Of a DNA stretch of 64,000 bases, positions 40,055-51,093 are shown piece after piece. The stretch's first letter is position 1. Every line of letters begins with the position of its first letter. The translations under genes and the position numbers were made by a program. Origin of the DNA: a virus (lineage: Duplodnaviria > Heunggongvirae > Uroviricota > Caudoviricetes); the IMG/VR virus record IMGVR_UViG_3300026549_000060, positions 1 to 64,000 of that record; one strand, written 5' to 3'. The notes beneath the pieces are model-generated. The model made no database searches. It saw only the letters and a list, made by a program, of their open reading frames with translations, and was not told the DNA's origin.

Positions 40055-40559
40055 GATAAATCAGGATACATACAAGAATAATCCCAATAGTCCACATAGT
40101 AATACTATAGATATAATCACTCAGTTTAAAATCACCGTATTCATCTTCTGAGCTACTATCAAAGGCTTCAGCATTATCCAAAATAACAGTCTTAACATAA
40201 TCATATCTTTGATCTCTTAATCTGGATTCTGCATAATCCTCCTGAATATCATTAGGATCACCATAATACTTAGACAATTTCTTCATAATAAACTGCCTAA
40301 ACTTTTTACTATAGATAGTGTTCTTTACACCAATTACAAGATCTTTATAAAGATGCTCCATATCTTCTTTAGTAAAAGTATCTTTAATCTTAGCAATTTT
40401 ACTCATAAGTGCTGTAGTAGATCTTTCTACACCAGTATAATCTTTCATTTCATTAGAAATCTCTTTCCAAGATTTCTCATCTTTAATAATATAATAGAAC
40501 TTAAGTAGAGTTACTTCTTCTTCAGTCCACAGCTGGTTCTGATTCTTTTCCATACGCAT
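40032..40559 (-). CDS. hypothetical protein with a C-terminal TM
   Basis: ORF. Confidence 0.4.
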   Translation of the reverse strand: MRMEKNQNQLWTEEEVTLLKFYYIIKDEKSWKEISNEMKDYTGVERSTTALMSKIAKIKDTFTKEDMEHLYKDLVIGVKNTIYSKKFRQFIMKKLSKYYGDPNDIQEDYAESRLRDQRYDYVKTVILDNAEAFDSSSEDEYGDFKLSDYIYSITMWTIGIILVCILIYLGFSYYG

Positions 40560-40968
40560 TCAACTCCTCCAAAAGATTTTGGTAAATCAATAATGCCGAA
40601 AAAGTAGATAATTTATCTTCTTCGCTTTCATAATCATAACTACTATCAAAGTTATTAATAGTGTTATTCCATCTAATTTTTAAATCATTATCCCAAAATC
40701 TTTCATAAAGTTCTTTCCCAAGTTCTTTAGCAATTAATAATACAAAGAACTTTTTCAGATTATTAAACTCAAGATTGTTTTCTTTAAGATATCTAGTAAA
40801 GTACGGATTGACATTTAAAGTATTTCCAACAAGTTTAATTTGGGTATTCTTCATTGGCTTAATAAATACTTTGATATAACTTAAATCCCAACCATACTCT
40901 TTTTTAGCGACTTTAACTACACTATTAAAAGAGCTATAGATTAATCCAGAAGACTTATAATTGATCAT
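40522..40968 (-). CDS. hypothetical protein
   Basis: ORF. Confidence 0.4.
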   Translation of the reverse strand: MINYKSSGLIYSSFNSVVKVAKKEYGWDLSYIKVFIKPMKNTQIKLVGNTLNVNPYFTRYLKENNLEFNNLKKFFVLLIAKELGKELYERFWDNDLKIRWNNTINNFDSSYDYESEEDKLSTFSALLIYQNLLEELNAYGKESEPAVD

Positions 40969-42490
40969 TAGATAACCATCTCGAATCTACTTTAACTTTA
41001 TCAGTAGAAGGATCATAAGTTACATCTAAGATAAATCCACCTACTGCAGGTACATACGCTCTTCTAATAGTGTATTCATTTGGTTTAACAAAACAACCTG
41101 GAGCTACAGCATATTGAACATCACCATAATCATGAAGTTCCATTGCCTGATGAAGATGACCCATAATAAAGATATGACACTTATTATAAGTAGTATCAAT
41201 TAAACCTTTAAGTTTAGTCATAGGTTCTCCAGAATAATTAGAACCATCACAGTGAACTACTCTAATAATAACACCGTGCTTATTAAAATCTGTATAGTAA
41301 TCTCCACTATACTTAATATCAAACCTAACTTTAGCCAATTCAATGATAGGATGAATATTATGTTTTTTCATAATATTAACATCATGATTACCAGCTACTA
41401 TATAAGTAGAGATACCTTCATATTTAGGGTAATTCTTTACAATCCAATTGAACTGCTCCCTATATCCAACTAGATTCTGATCTTTTTCTTGATATGAATA
41501 TGTAGTACTTCCATCAAAAAGATCTCCAGCATGAATTATTCTGGTAACACCTTCATCCCTACACTTCTTATAAAATCCTTTTAAAGCATCAGCATCAAAC
41601 CATTTACTACCAATATGTGTATCCGAAATAATACCTAACTTAAAATGAACAATTTCTGTAGTAGAATTACTTACAGGTTCTTTATCAAGAGTAGTTTCGG
41701 GGACTGCCTCTTCAATCCAATCTTTAAGCTTAGATTGATCAGGTATATTTTCTGTAGTAGGAGTATTATCTTGTTCATTCTCGTCATGCTCCTTATCATA
41801 TAAAGAGATGTACTCATCAGATACTCCTAATTTTTTCTTAATCCTTTTAATAGACTTCTTAATAGATTTCTTTCTATTTTTACTGGTCTCCGGATTATTC
41901 AATTCATATCTAAGTTCATTCAACCTATTAAATAGAATATCCTCAGATTCAGCTTTTTCTTTCTTCTCTTTTTTAGTCTTAGGAACAGGGTCAATAACTT
42001 CAATAATCTTAGGCTCAGTTGTAGTCTTATCAAGGATATTCATTTGCTCTTCAAAAAATTCTTTAGCATGAATAACCTTTACTGGTGTAGATTCAGTATT
42101 ACCTTCAACCAAATCTAAAACAGCTCTTACTGAAAAACAAGAAGTCTTTTGATCATAGAAAGAGATATGATGTTTAAATTCAATGGCTTTAACAATTTTT
42201 TCAGCAATATCTACTGGAACATTAAATAAAATAGCTATATCATTGATACTAACAACAGACCTTGGAGTACTCTTAAGATATTCCATAAATCTACTGTCAA
42301 TATCTGTATGTGTTACTGAATTCATTTTATGCCTGATAGAATCAGGGCTTCTACTTGGAAAATTTGGATAACTAATTGACCAAATAGAACTAATATACTT
42401 AGGGGTTAGTGCATCCTCTTTTGATACCAGATCATTAAAAGATGCTAATACAGAAATTACTTCTACTTCCCATTCAGACCATTTTGTCAT
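40955..42490 (-). CDS. protein with a C-terminal calcineurin-like metallophosphoesterase domain (SbcD/Mre11-like fold) and a Lys-rich linker
   Basis: GIISDTHIG, HAGDLFDG, VAGNHDV and MGHLHQ. Confidence 0.55.
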   Translation of the reverse strand: MTKWSEWEVEVISVLASFNDLVSKEDALTPKYISSIWSISYPNFPSRSPDSIRHKMNSVTHTDIDSRFMEYLKSTPRSVVSINDIAILFNVPVDIAEKIVKAIEFKHHISFYDQKTSCFSVRAVLDLVEGNTESTPVKVIHAKEFFEEQMNILDKTTTEPKIIEVIDPVPKTKKEKKEKAESEDILFNRLNELRYELNNPETSKNRKKSIKKSIKRIKKKLGVSDEYISLYDKEHDENEQDNTPTTENIPDQSKLKDWIEEAVPETTLDKEPVSNSTTEIVHFKLGIISDTHIGSKWFDADALKGFYKKCRDEGVTRIIHAGDLFDGSTTYSYQEKDQNLVGYREQFNWIVKNYPKYEGISTYIVAGNHDVNIMKKHNIHPIIELAKVRFDIKYSGDYYTDFNKHGVIIRVVHCDGSNYSGEPMTKLKGLIDTTYNKCHIFIMGHLHQAMELHDYGDVQYAVAPGCFVKPNEYTIRRAYVPAVGGFILDVTYDPSTDKVKVDSRWLSNDQL

Positions 42491-42511
42491 TAATTATCAA
42501 ACCCTTCCAAA

Positions 42512-43084
42512 TTATTTCATAAAGTAATTAATATAAATACCAATAGATATATAGCCAAGAATTACACAACTCATTACTAATGTACCAATTTTCCACAAAG
42601 TAAGACTATCTTCCAAATGTCTAATCTGATGATGAAGCTTTGCAATGGTATCTTCCAGATGATCAGTTTTTCTCTTAATCTCAACTGGTGGCTCGATATC
42701 TTTATCCTTACCATCATTCATAACCTTTCTAATAGTTTCTGCCATCCAACGAAGTTCTTTTTCTTCTTCAGGAGTAGTAACTGTAATAGGAATTTTTTCA
42801 CCCAAATGATTCATAGCAGTATCTTCAGCATCATCATTCTTTTTCCTAAAATTCTTACCCTCCACTTCATCCCAAATCCATGATTTCTTATCCTTAATTT
42901 TATCATCAAGTCTTTTAAGCTCAATAGGGCCAGTCGAAGTCGAATCTGGGTTTGCTTTAATATCCAAATGAACCTTTGTAACTGGGGGATGATTATTATC
43001 AACAATAAACCCATTAGTTACAGTAGCTGTAACTAAGCTATCATCATAAACTTCTTTATAATTATATTGTTCAATACTAGACAT
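42512..43084 (-). CDS. hypothetical protein with a C-terminal TM
   Basis: ORF. Confidence 0.4.
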   Translation of the reverse strand: MSSIEQYNYKEVYDDSLVTATVTNGFIVDNNHPPVTKVHLDIKANPDSTSTGPIELKRLDDKIKDKKSWIWDEVEGKNFRKKNDDAEDTAMNHLGEKIPITVTTPEEEKELRWMAETIRKVMNDGKDKDIEPPVEIKRKTDHLEDTIAKLHHQIRHLEDSLTLWKIGTLVMSCVILGYISIGIYINYFMK

Positions 43085-43640
43085 AAAAATCCTCCTTAGA
43101 TATTTAATCTATAGGAGGATTCTAGCACATCTGTAAGTTCTTGTCAATACTGTTTATGCAGATCTTTATATAATCTTTATAATATCTGTGGTTGTACCAC
43201 TAAATATAAAATACATAATATCTGTTCCTTCAATGTATGTTACCCCATAGCCAATTTCAACATCTCTATACCCCAGGCTATTATGCATAGCTCTCAATCT
43301 TCTTAAATCTTTAATATATACATCATATGCTTCATGAAATGTTTGATAAAATACTGGACATACCGATTCAAAATACAATTTGTCTTTGCCTGATGCAGTA
43401 AACTTAATTATATTCATTTTATACTCCTTTTATTTAGAAAATGTATTACATCAACGCTCCAACTATATCCATCACGAGTCAACTCTAAAATACATCCTTT
43501 CATAGAATCATCCTCAATAGTTAAAACGCAACTAGGATATTCCTCAAAGGAGTTAACGTATTCAATAGCCTCATAAAGAACCTTCAGACTATCACCTTGC
43601 GCATAATACTTATCTGAATTTACTACACCTTTAATTGTAA

Positions 43641-44126
43641 TCATTTCAATCCTAAGCTCCTACAAATCATATTAGCAAAATACTCACAACAAGTTTCCTC
43701 ATTAATAACACTACCTGCACTTCCATTAAGACTATCTAAATAAAGACTATGAAAAGATTTATCATTATTAGCCTTATTATAGATATTTGCCTTGTCTTTC
43801 TCTTTCCAATGATTCTTATACAATTCTTTGGCTACCTGATATCCAATAATAAAGGTAAACCATTTCTCTGGAGGCATATCTAAACCAAAGTAATTAAGTA
43901 CTTCAGTATAATTAGGATTAATATATATTATACCATTTTCCCCCCAAGAAGATGCCCATATCTGGTCCTTTTTCTGAACTGGTTTTCCATTAGTATAATG
44001 TGCATTAGAATCTACTACAGGTTTCATATAAGATACATTATACCCAAACTTATTAACTGCATTTATAACATTATTAAAACAATCATTAACTAAAGTATAT
44101 ACATCCTTCATAATATATCCCTCCAA
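43641..44126 (-). CDS. hypothetical protein
   Basis: ORF in a run of small co-directional ORFs (43166-45468). Confidence 0.35.
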   Translation of the reverse strand: MEGYIMKDVYTLVNDCFNNVINAVNKFGYNVSYMKPVVDSNAHYTNGKPVQKKDQIWASSWGENGIIYINPNYTEVLNYFGLDMPPEKWFTFIIGYQVAKELYKNHWKEKDKANIYNKANNDKSFHSLYLDSLNGSAGSVINEETCCEYFANMICRSLGLK

Positions 44127-44607
44127 ATATTTAAATTATATCGATCTTTATAGATGTTAAAAAATTTAATGTCAATTGATAATTATCATACCTATAGACA
44201 TAATCTGGCCACGGTGAAGGATAAATTTTAGATATCTTCCGTAATATAATTGATTCATAAAATTTATATTCAAAATTGTTTTGAGCTAAATGCATAGTTG
44301 CTAATTGATATGACTCGAATAAGCTGCATATAACCAAATTCACGAAAATTTGACTCCTTTTAAACAAAATTAATCTCTAATCTACTAACTAAATCAGTAG
44401 GCAATTCAAAAACATTAATCATACCGTTTTTTATATGCTGATTTAAAATCTCTTCGGTAGTATAGCCTTTACTAAAACCTATAGATTCATAACCAAACTC
44501 ATTCGATACTTTTTTATACAGTTTTTTTAATTTTAAAGGATAGGTGCTTTTTCCGGAATCATATACTTCTAAACCCGAGTCATATCTTGTAAAGGTATCC
44601 CACATGT

Positions 44608-44952
44608 TTATACCACCTTTATAAAGTCTTTTCTTACATCTTTCTTAATGACATAATCTCTTTCAATAGTCCAGCATTTTCTTTTTTTAAAATACTTATA
44701 GCATTTAAATCCTCTAATCATAATACCTATGTCTTTAGTAATGAGACCTTCTCTATGATACAAGTTTCTCCAATCAGTTATCTTCAAATTATAATCGTTA
44801 TATAATTCATAAACTGAATCAAAATTACTTATAAAGTTCTTAATGCCAAGAAATATAATACTTGTATCATACCTATTATGCCAATGAATACTACCAGGTT
44901 CTTCAGTAACATCATATAAACTAACTTTAATAACAGTGTAATTATCAATCAT
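44608..44952 (-). CDS. hypothetical protein, member of the YIKVI paralogue family
   Basis: C-terminal ...KDFIKVV, similar to the ends of 45470..45754 and 45756..46094. Confidence 0.4.
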   Translation of the reverse strand: MIDNYTVIKVSLYDVTEEPGSIHWHNRYDTSIIFLGIKNFISNFDSVYELYNDYNLKITDWRNLYHREGLITKDIGIMIRGFKCYKYFKKRKCWTIERDYVIKKDVRKDFIKVV

Positions 44953-45469
44953 ATTAATTCATCAACCCTTCTTATCATATAACAGCTATAATTTCATCAT
45001 TAGTTTGTTTTACAGCTGTAATAAATAAAATCATAGATGTTGTTTTCATTGTGCTATACATCAATGTAATACTAAATGACTTATTAATAGAGTCCTCATA
45101 TAGAAGCTGTTTAAATACATCTGAAATTACTGTATTATAAAACATATCATTCTTAAACATCCCATTATCTACTGCATTACAAATAGATTTTAGATTTTTC
45201 AATTTAGTCCTAATATATCTAGTCTTATAAATAGCATTTCTATTACTAAACTCAGATATTGTTATGTTAATAGAATACATTACTATATAACCTCTATCAT
45301 TATATTTGGAACATCTCCTACAATCATATACTCCCACAGTCCTAGCATTATTTTATTATTAAGGCTAATCCAATAATGCTTACTCTCAACTCTATCATCT
45401 GGAATCCAGGTATATGACTTATATATCACAGTTTCATTGTATTTAACCTGCCATTCATTAATAAGCATA

Positions 45470-45754
45470 TCAAATCACCTTGATATAATCCTTAGACTCT
45501 TTAAAATCAATTTTTTCAGCATATACTTTTAACTGCCATTTAGGACTTGTATTACTAACCACCTTGCTAAGTTCAATATAACTCTTTCCACGAGTCTGGT
45601 AAGCTAATGGAAAATTCTTATATATCATCATATATGGATATGTTATAGTTTCTACTGAAGAATTCTTAGTTCTTTTAAAAAATAAAGCATTATTATAATA
45701 CGGACTAATTTTTTCATAATATAAACATGTAGAAATCAAATAATACCTTTTCAT
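45470..45754 (-). CDS. hypothetical protein, paralogue family (FFKRT...YIKVI)
   Basis: Shares MKRYY, FFKRT and YIKVI with its neighbour. Confidence 0.45.
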   Translation of the reverse strand: MKRYYLISTCLYYEKISPYYNNALFFKRTKNSSVETITYPYMMIYKNFPLAYQTRGKSYIELSKVVSNTSPKWQLKVYAEKIDFKESKDYIKVI

Positions 45755-45755
45755 A

Positions 45756-46094
45756 TCAAATCACCTTAATATAAAATTTAGACCCTGATAAATCTATTTT
45801 TGCAGAATATAAAATCAGCTCTAATTTTGGAATAGCATTATTAATAATCATACAATAACTATCATACATAGTACCATGATTTTGATAAGATGATGGATAA
45901 CAGCTATAAATAGTCAAATATGGATGAGTTATATCGCCTAATGAAGAACCTCTAGTCCTTTTAAAAAAGAACTCACTGTTATAATAACTTATATTATTAT
46001 CATCTTCATATACAGTTAATACCACATTATAATACCTTTTCATATACCAATCACCACCCATACAAATATTACCATAAAAAAATAAGAGAGTCAA
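45756..46094 (-). CDS. hypothetical protein, paralogue family (FFKRT...YIKVI)
   Basis: Tandem paralogue of 45470..45754. Confidence 0.45.
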   Translation of the reverse strand: MTLLFFYGNICMGGDWYMKRYYNVVLTVYEDDNNISYYNSEFFFKRTRGSSLGDITHPYLTIYSCYPSSYQNHGTMYDSYCMIINNAIPKLELILYSAKIDLSGSKFYIKVI

Positions 46095-46157
46095 GAGGGA
46101 TTTTGCTCCACTCCTTAGACTCTCTGTTTATACTAAAATATTTACTTTAAATTCTAA

Positions 46158-46235
46158 TGGTCGGGTATGGAGGATTTGAACCTCCGACCCTCTGCTCCCA
46201 AAGCAGATACGCTAACCAGACTGCGCTAATACCCG
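46158..46235 (-). tRNA. tRNA-Pro (anticodon TGG), CCA encoded
   Basis: Manual fold: acceptor cgggtat/atacccg, anticodon stem tctgc/gcaga, loop tttggga, T-arm ggagg-ttcaaat-cctcc. Confidence 0.75.
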
Positions 46236-46240
46236 TTTAG

Positions 46241-46777
46241 TTACTCTTTAAAATACAAATCCCCAGTTTTATCTCCATCAATCTTATGCAGAAATACCCA
46301 ATCTAAAAACTCACAAGCAGTAGATCTTTCTTCTTCAGAACAATCACTACCATTAATATACTCATCAAACCATTTATAAAACAGTTTCTTTCTATTGAAA
46401 GTTGCATTAATACAACTACTAAGCATATCCAAGTCAATATCTTTAAGATCTGTTTTACCGGCGTTTTTCATTACAGCTTCAATAGTTTCCCTGATAGCCT
46501 TAACATTTTCTGGCTGATAATAACGTTCGGCATTATTAGTCACATTTTCACATTTATTTATAGTCATATTCATATTTGTTATCCCACTTTCTTTATATTG
46601 GTAATAATGATTGGGATACTTAAAGACCAAAACTCTAGCTTTATAGGGAGAGGTTTGATCTCTATCCCAATAAACTAGTTCCATTTCTAAAAGCTTTCTA
46701 GCTTCAAATGGAGTAATCTTGACACTATCTTTTTTAAACTCTGAATCAAATAACTTAATTGTTTTCTCCATACTCAT
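46241..46777 (-). CDS. hypothetical protein
   Basis: ORF. Confidence 0.45.
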   Translation of the reverse strand: MSMEKTIKLFDSEFKKDSVKITPFEARKLLEMELVYWDRDQTSPYKARVLVFKYPNHYYQYKESGITNMNMTINKCENVTNNAERYYQPENVKAIRETIEAVMKNAGKTDLKDIDLDMLSSCINATFNRKKLFYKWFDEYINGSDCSEEERSTACEFLDWVFLHKIDGDKTGDLYFKE

Positions 46778-47078
46778 TATGGGTAGTCTCCTTTATATAA
46801 GGGTGATTGTCTCTGCTTTTTTAATCAAGAAAAAACAGGTCAAAAAGAAAAGGTTTGAGGGGAATTTCACCCCTCTGAGAGGTATTAAATTTTAAACTAA
46901 AAAGCCATAGGAATATACGCAGCTTTATAAGTCTGTTGCTTAGTTGATCAGTATCTAAGCTATCTGGAAGATGCGAAGACCTATGGTTAATTCTTTAAAA
47001 GGCTATAGGAATATCAGTACTCAAATGATCAGTTTAAGTAGTCTATCTGATAGACCTATAGTCAATGCTTATCTATTA

Positions 47079-47687
47079 TTAGGGCCACTCACCAAGAGGC
47101 TGTCCAAGAAGACCCTGCTGAGGAACCCCTTCAAGAATCTCCTTGAATTCAATCTTATCGTAATTGGAATACACACTGATAAGAACAACCCTGTTAGGAT
47201 TACCCTTAGTCATAGCCTCAGGAGAAAGCACCATCTCTGTTTCACCAGCAAAGACGTACTTCACACCATTGACAACCTGTGTACCAATAAGTGCAAAAAC
47301 TGAAACATTACTACCAACAAATCCAGCAAGATTATCCTCAAGAACCTTCATGGCCTCTTCAGGAATATCAGTAGTAGGATTAATCTGAACCCCACCCATC
47401 TTACCAGAGTCAGACAGGACATTGGTAATCTCCACAATACTGAACTTATCATCCTTCTCATTAAGAACAATAAGAACCACATTATGAACATCATTTCCAG
47501 TAATCATGGTCTGTGTAGCAAGAATAGCATGATTAACTCCAGAAACAACCTTACTACCAAGGTATGCAATCACATTATACTCAGCACCAACCATATTACC
47601 AAAAATCTCTGTAAATGCGGAAGCAACCTTCTGAGGAAGCTTACCGGGAACAACATGAATCTCATAACTACCCAACATAAATATCAT
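47079..47687 (-). CDS. hypothetical protein with two internal repeats of an approximately 85-aa domain, in a GC-elevated (about 42%) region
   Basis: Repeated ...AFTEIFGNMVGAEYNVIAYLGSKVVSGVNHA... / ...EDNLAGFVGSNVSVFALIGTQVVNGVKYV... Confidence 0.45.
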   Translation of the reverse strand: MIFMLGSYEIHVVPGKLPQKVASAFTEIFGNMVGAEYNVIAYLGSKVVSGVNHAILATQTMITGNDVHNVVLIVLNEKDDKFSIVEITNVLSDSGKMGGVQINPTTDIPEEAMKVLEDNLAGFVGSNVSVFALIGTQVVNGVKYVFAGETEMVLSPEAMTKGNPNRVVLISVYSNYDKIEFKEILEGVPQQGLLGQPLGEWP

Positions 47688-48207
47688 ATCCTTTCTTATT
47701 TATTTTTATCAAAAATAAAAGCTTTTATCAACATTACAATTATAAAAATTATAACTACGTATTGTATATATGGCAATAACTTTATTGAACTATCAAATAC
47801 TCCTGATAACCAGGAAAAGAATACATCAAACATACAATGTATGCACTACCAAGTTATGTTTAGTAGTATCTACTTTCTGTGGATAAGGATCTTCATTATT
47901 CTTAAATCTCTGATACTGAAGATCTTTATACTCCTTCTTCTTCACCATTGTTCTAGTACCTGTACTGTCTTCTGTAAAATACCATTCAGTCATGTTATAC
48001 ATCAATCCTTTCTTAAGGCATATCAACTTCGTCTACATAAAGAACAATTTCCTCATTACCATAGCTATCACCAGTTGCTGAAATACTTGATTCATCATAA
48101 AGTTGCTGAACTGAATCAAAATAGCTCTCAGAAACCTCAACTCTATGCCCTTCATCAGTTTTAAGATAGTATTTAGCAGACATATTAACTACACCCTTTC
48201 TTTTCTT

Positions 48208-49044
48208 TTATGTTACTGTAAATGTTTTTGAAATATCGTATTGTTCGTTCTGCCACCACGCATCCATTCCTACTCGAAAGTCTATACGGACTGTATGTTC
48301 ACCAACATCACTTACAGAGGCAGGGTCTGGAGCTGTCCAACTTCCAGAAGCAGTTAAACTATTATAAGTCTGAGAATATACCCGATTTTCATCATAGTAT
48401 AAAGTTATAGAATTAAGTTGATATCTAGTTTGTTGAACTGTATACGGAACAAAATCCCATTCAACATATGCACTTTCACCAACCGATATATTATTAACCC
48501 TTAACACCATACCCTTGTATCTGCCTTCACCTTCTCTATACGAAATATCAACGGTCCTTACGTTATCATTGTTGTCTTCTCTAACATAGGTGTTAAACAA
48601 ATCTATTATACGATTATAACAGCTATCTGCCGGTCTACTTGATAAATAAATACTATAAAATGAATCTTCACCATAATCATAATAGGTTAAAGTTTCTCCG
48701 TCATAATTAAATGTTTGATCGATATATGGAAAATAAATAGAAAAAGAGCCTAAATGGGCTATGTCAGGATCAGAGCAATATGCTCTTAGTTCAAACCATC
48801 CCATATCGGGAGGAGTATTATAATAAGGATCGTCTCCATTGCCATATGTACCGTAAGCTGACGCAGCTGGTTTACCAATTAAACGATCATTTATAACTAA
48901 AACAATTTTAAATTTTTCAGATTTATTTTTAATAACAAACCCAACACTAATAGTCGAATCATAAGTTTGTGCTTCCGCAAAGGTCATTCTGTATATCTTA
49001 TACTCATCTTTCCCCCCATTCAACAAAAGAGGTTTTGTAAACAT
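48208..49044 (-). CDS. hypothetical protein
   Basis: ORF. Confidence 0.45.
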   Translation of the reverse strand: MFTKPLLLNGGKDEYKIYRMTFAEAQTYDSTISVGFVIKNKSEKFKIVLVINDRLIGKPAASAYGTYGNGDDPYYNTPPDMGWFELRAYCSDPDIAHLGSFSIYFPYIDQTFNYDGETLTYYDYGEDSFYSIYLSSRPADSCYNRIIDLFNTYVREDNNDNVRTVDISYREGEGRYKGMVLRVNNISVGESAYVEWDFVPYTVQQTRYQLNSITLYYDENRVYSQTYNSLTASGSWTAPDPASVSDVGEHTVRIDFRVGMDAWWQNEQYDISKTFTVT

Positions 49045-49113
49045 TGATAAACACTCCTTTTATAAGTTTTATATTTGTAAGAACTAGGTAAACTAGTTTA
49101 AAAGTCAAAGGTA

Positions 49114-49189
49114 TGGTGGACTCGCTGGGGTATGATCCCAGAACCTGGCGATTATAAGTCGCCTACTCTACCAATTGAGCTACAAGTCC
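49114..49189 (-). tRNA. tRNA-Ile (anticodon TAT), CCA encoded, with a non-canonical T-loop
   Basis: Acceptor ggacttg/cgagtcc, anticodon stem ggcga/tcgcc, loop cttataa, T-stem ctggg/cccag with loop atcatac (A54/T58 covariation). Confidence 0.65.
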
Positions 49190-49198
49190 ATGTAATAA

Positions 49199-49285
49199 TG
49201 GTGCCCAGGGGGGGACTCGAACCCCCACGCCAGAGATGGCAAGGGATTTTAAGTCCCTTGTGTCTACCTATTCCACCACCTGGGC
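49199..49285 (-). tRNA. tRNA-Leu (anticodon TAA), class II long variable arm, CCA encoded
   Basis: Anticodon stem aggga/tccct, loop cttaaaa, variable arm gccatctctggcgt, T-loop ttcgagt. Confidence 0.7.
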
Positions 49286-49307
49286 ATTTAACTATTTTTA
49301 TATTTTA

Positions 49308-49384
49308 TGGAGCCCCTAGGAAAAGAGTTGAACTTCCATCACTTCTTTACAAGAGAAGTATAATAGCCGTTATACTATAGGGGC
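49308..49384 (-). tRNA. tRNA-like gene, possibly tRNA-Thr (TGT) or a pseudo-tRNA
   Basis: Acceptor gccccta/taggggc plus tCCA. Anticodon stem cttct/agaag with loop cttgtaa. The T-arm is irregular (ggaag-ttcaact-cttttcc, with G-U pairs or extra bases). Confidence 0.4.
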
Positions 49385-49553
49385 AAATAAATCTTATTTG
49401 TAGTCTACATCACTCAAAAGATTTAGGAAAGTTCTATACTATATTTTACTTCTGATTAACAGAGAGTGCTCCATCCTTAGCTATAGTATAGATAGATGGT
49501 TAAAAGGTGTAGATCTTTCAATAACTACTTACTGAAGACCTTTATCCAGGAAA

Positions 49554-49582
49554 ATTATATCAGCAGTATAGTTATTTGTCAA
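49554..49582 (-). promoter_or_regulatory. sigma70-type promoter (TTGACA-N17-TATAAT) driving the tRNA cluster
   Basis: Minus strand: tacTTGACAaataactatactgctgaTATAAT. Confidence 0.55.
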
Positions 49583-50043
49583 GTACAAAACTGACTCACT
49601 TATTTATATGATCTACATGACCCTAAGAATAGGTCATTTGTGTAGTACTTTCGATGACTTTAATGGGCGTAATATATGTACTACAATCCTTTTCCCCTTT
49701 CAATCAAAGGATGACAGTTTCTTACCACTTGCAGTAACCTGACAACTCTCCGGAATCCTCCACTCAACACTGCTCTAGCTTCTACTAAAGGTGGCTCAAC
49801 ATTAAGTTTCATAGGATAACTACTACCTCAAGTGTAGTAGGTTCTAACAGTTTTTATAAAGTCTATCCCTTAGCCAAGGTAATTTTTATTGAGGGTTACA
49901 TTCCCTAATAGACTTCTATCCTACTTATGCCAAATGAAGACATTACAATCTTCTAAGTAGATCAGCCTTTATTTACTGTTATTTCCCAAGCACTGATTTG
50001 GGTGAAAGGATTTTAATTGTAACTCATTTTAGGTTACAATTTA

Positions 50044-50117
50044 ATTTTTAATGGCTCCTCCTGGTGGTTACGCTCCACCGTATACGGTTTAACAGACCGC
50101 CACTCTACTATTGAGTT
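50044..50117 (-). tRNA. tRNA-Asn (anticodon GTT), CCA encoded, with a non-canonical T-loop
   Basis: Acceptor tcctcct/aggagga, D-arm actc/gagt, anticodon stem gcggt/accgt with loop ctgttaa, T-stem ggtgg/ccacc with loop agcgtaa (A54/T58). Confidence 0.55.
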
Positions 50118-50133
50118 AAGGAGGAATTAGAAC

Positions 50134-50228
50134 TGGCTCTGGAGCCCCGATTCGAACGAGGATGAGAAAGGAGGTCCCTTTACTTACTGATCCAAAGTCA
50201 GCTGTTTTTCCAATTAAACTACTCCAGA
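50134..50228 (-). tRNA. tRNA-like gene with a Gln anticodon (TTG) and an unusually long (about 24-nt) variable region, CCA encoded
   Basis: Acceptor tctggag/ctccaga + g + cca. D-arm gttt/aaac. Anticodon stem gctga/tcagt with loop ctttgga. T-arm cctcg-ttcgaat-cgggg. The 95-nt length is atypical. Confidence 0.45.
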
Positions 50229-50372
50229 GTTAAATTATCAAGGGTTCACTTAAGACTCGCACTTAAGATCTTCAGCTTTCACATTTTCCTAATTATGCTC
50301 TAGAAGCATACATAGAAAACACTACTCAGTGAGATTTTGCTATTTAAACTATGAACCATGTCCAACAAAGAT

Positions 50373-50401
50373 ATTAAAGCATACTGACAAGAATTTGTCA
50401 A
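50373..50401 (-). promoter_or_regulatory. sigma70-type promoter (TTGACA-N17-TTTAAT) upstream of the Gln-like and Asn tRNAs
   Basis: Minus strand: cTTGACAaattcttgtcagtatgcTTTAAT. Confidence 0.4.
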
Positions 50402-51093
50402 GAGGTGATTTTAAAAATTTTATGGCAGGTCCACTACCGCTTGCAGATAGTTCTGAAGTTTTGGAGACTCCTGTTTTACTACATAAACTATGGACCCATC
50501 AATATTTGTTCAAAAAATTTTAGGTGTGGAGAGAAGTAATGAGGTACTCCTCCCCACTTCAAAGGAGAACGATCATGAGCGGAAAAATATATAGATACTT
50601 GATAGCTGTGAGGTATGTTCAGACTCAGACTCTGTTTAAATAGTACAGACCTTTATTCACAGATTTACATAATAATTACCAGCTACTTACTATTAGCGAA
50701 CGAGTTTACGTTATATTAAAGCTAATGTGATTTCACTAAGTAAATCTTAAGTGAGGTTCGACCAAGCCTCTTCATAGGGTCTAACTACTAAATCAACAAT
50801 ACTAACTACTCCCTACTCAGTAAAGTCTTACTCAATCCAAGATAAAATAGTCATCAATCAAAGACTATTATTTGAAATTAGATGTAAGGCTTTCTAGTCT
50901 CAGGAAAATTGAGAGAAAAGCATTGTTATTATATCGTCACATTTCAGGTGTGAAAATATAATTAGATAACTTTGCGGTCATCTAAATATTAGGAGAGTAT
51001 CTTTCTTATTTTTACATGAATAAGATACTCAGAAAATCATGAAACAGAGTATTTAGAACTTTCACCAAGTATCAAATCTTTAAGTACTAAAAC

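Noticed and set aside
49690-50040. Additional tRNA genes in the 49.4-50.0 kb non-coding stretch
   Set aside because: Several stem-loops are present (for example gtagtac...gtactac and ttgtaac...gttacaa), but no complete cloverleaf with an acceptor/CCA could be assembled by eye. Left for tRNAscan.
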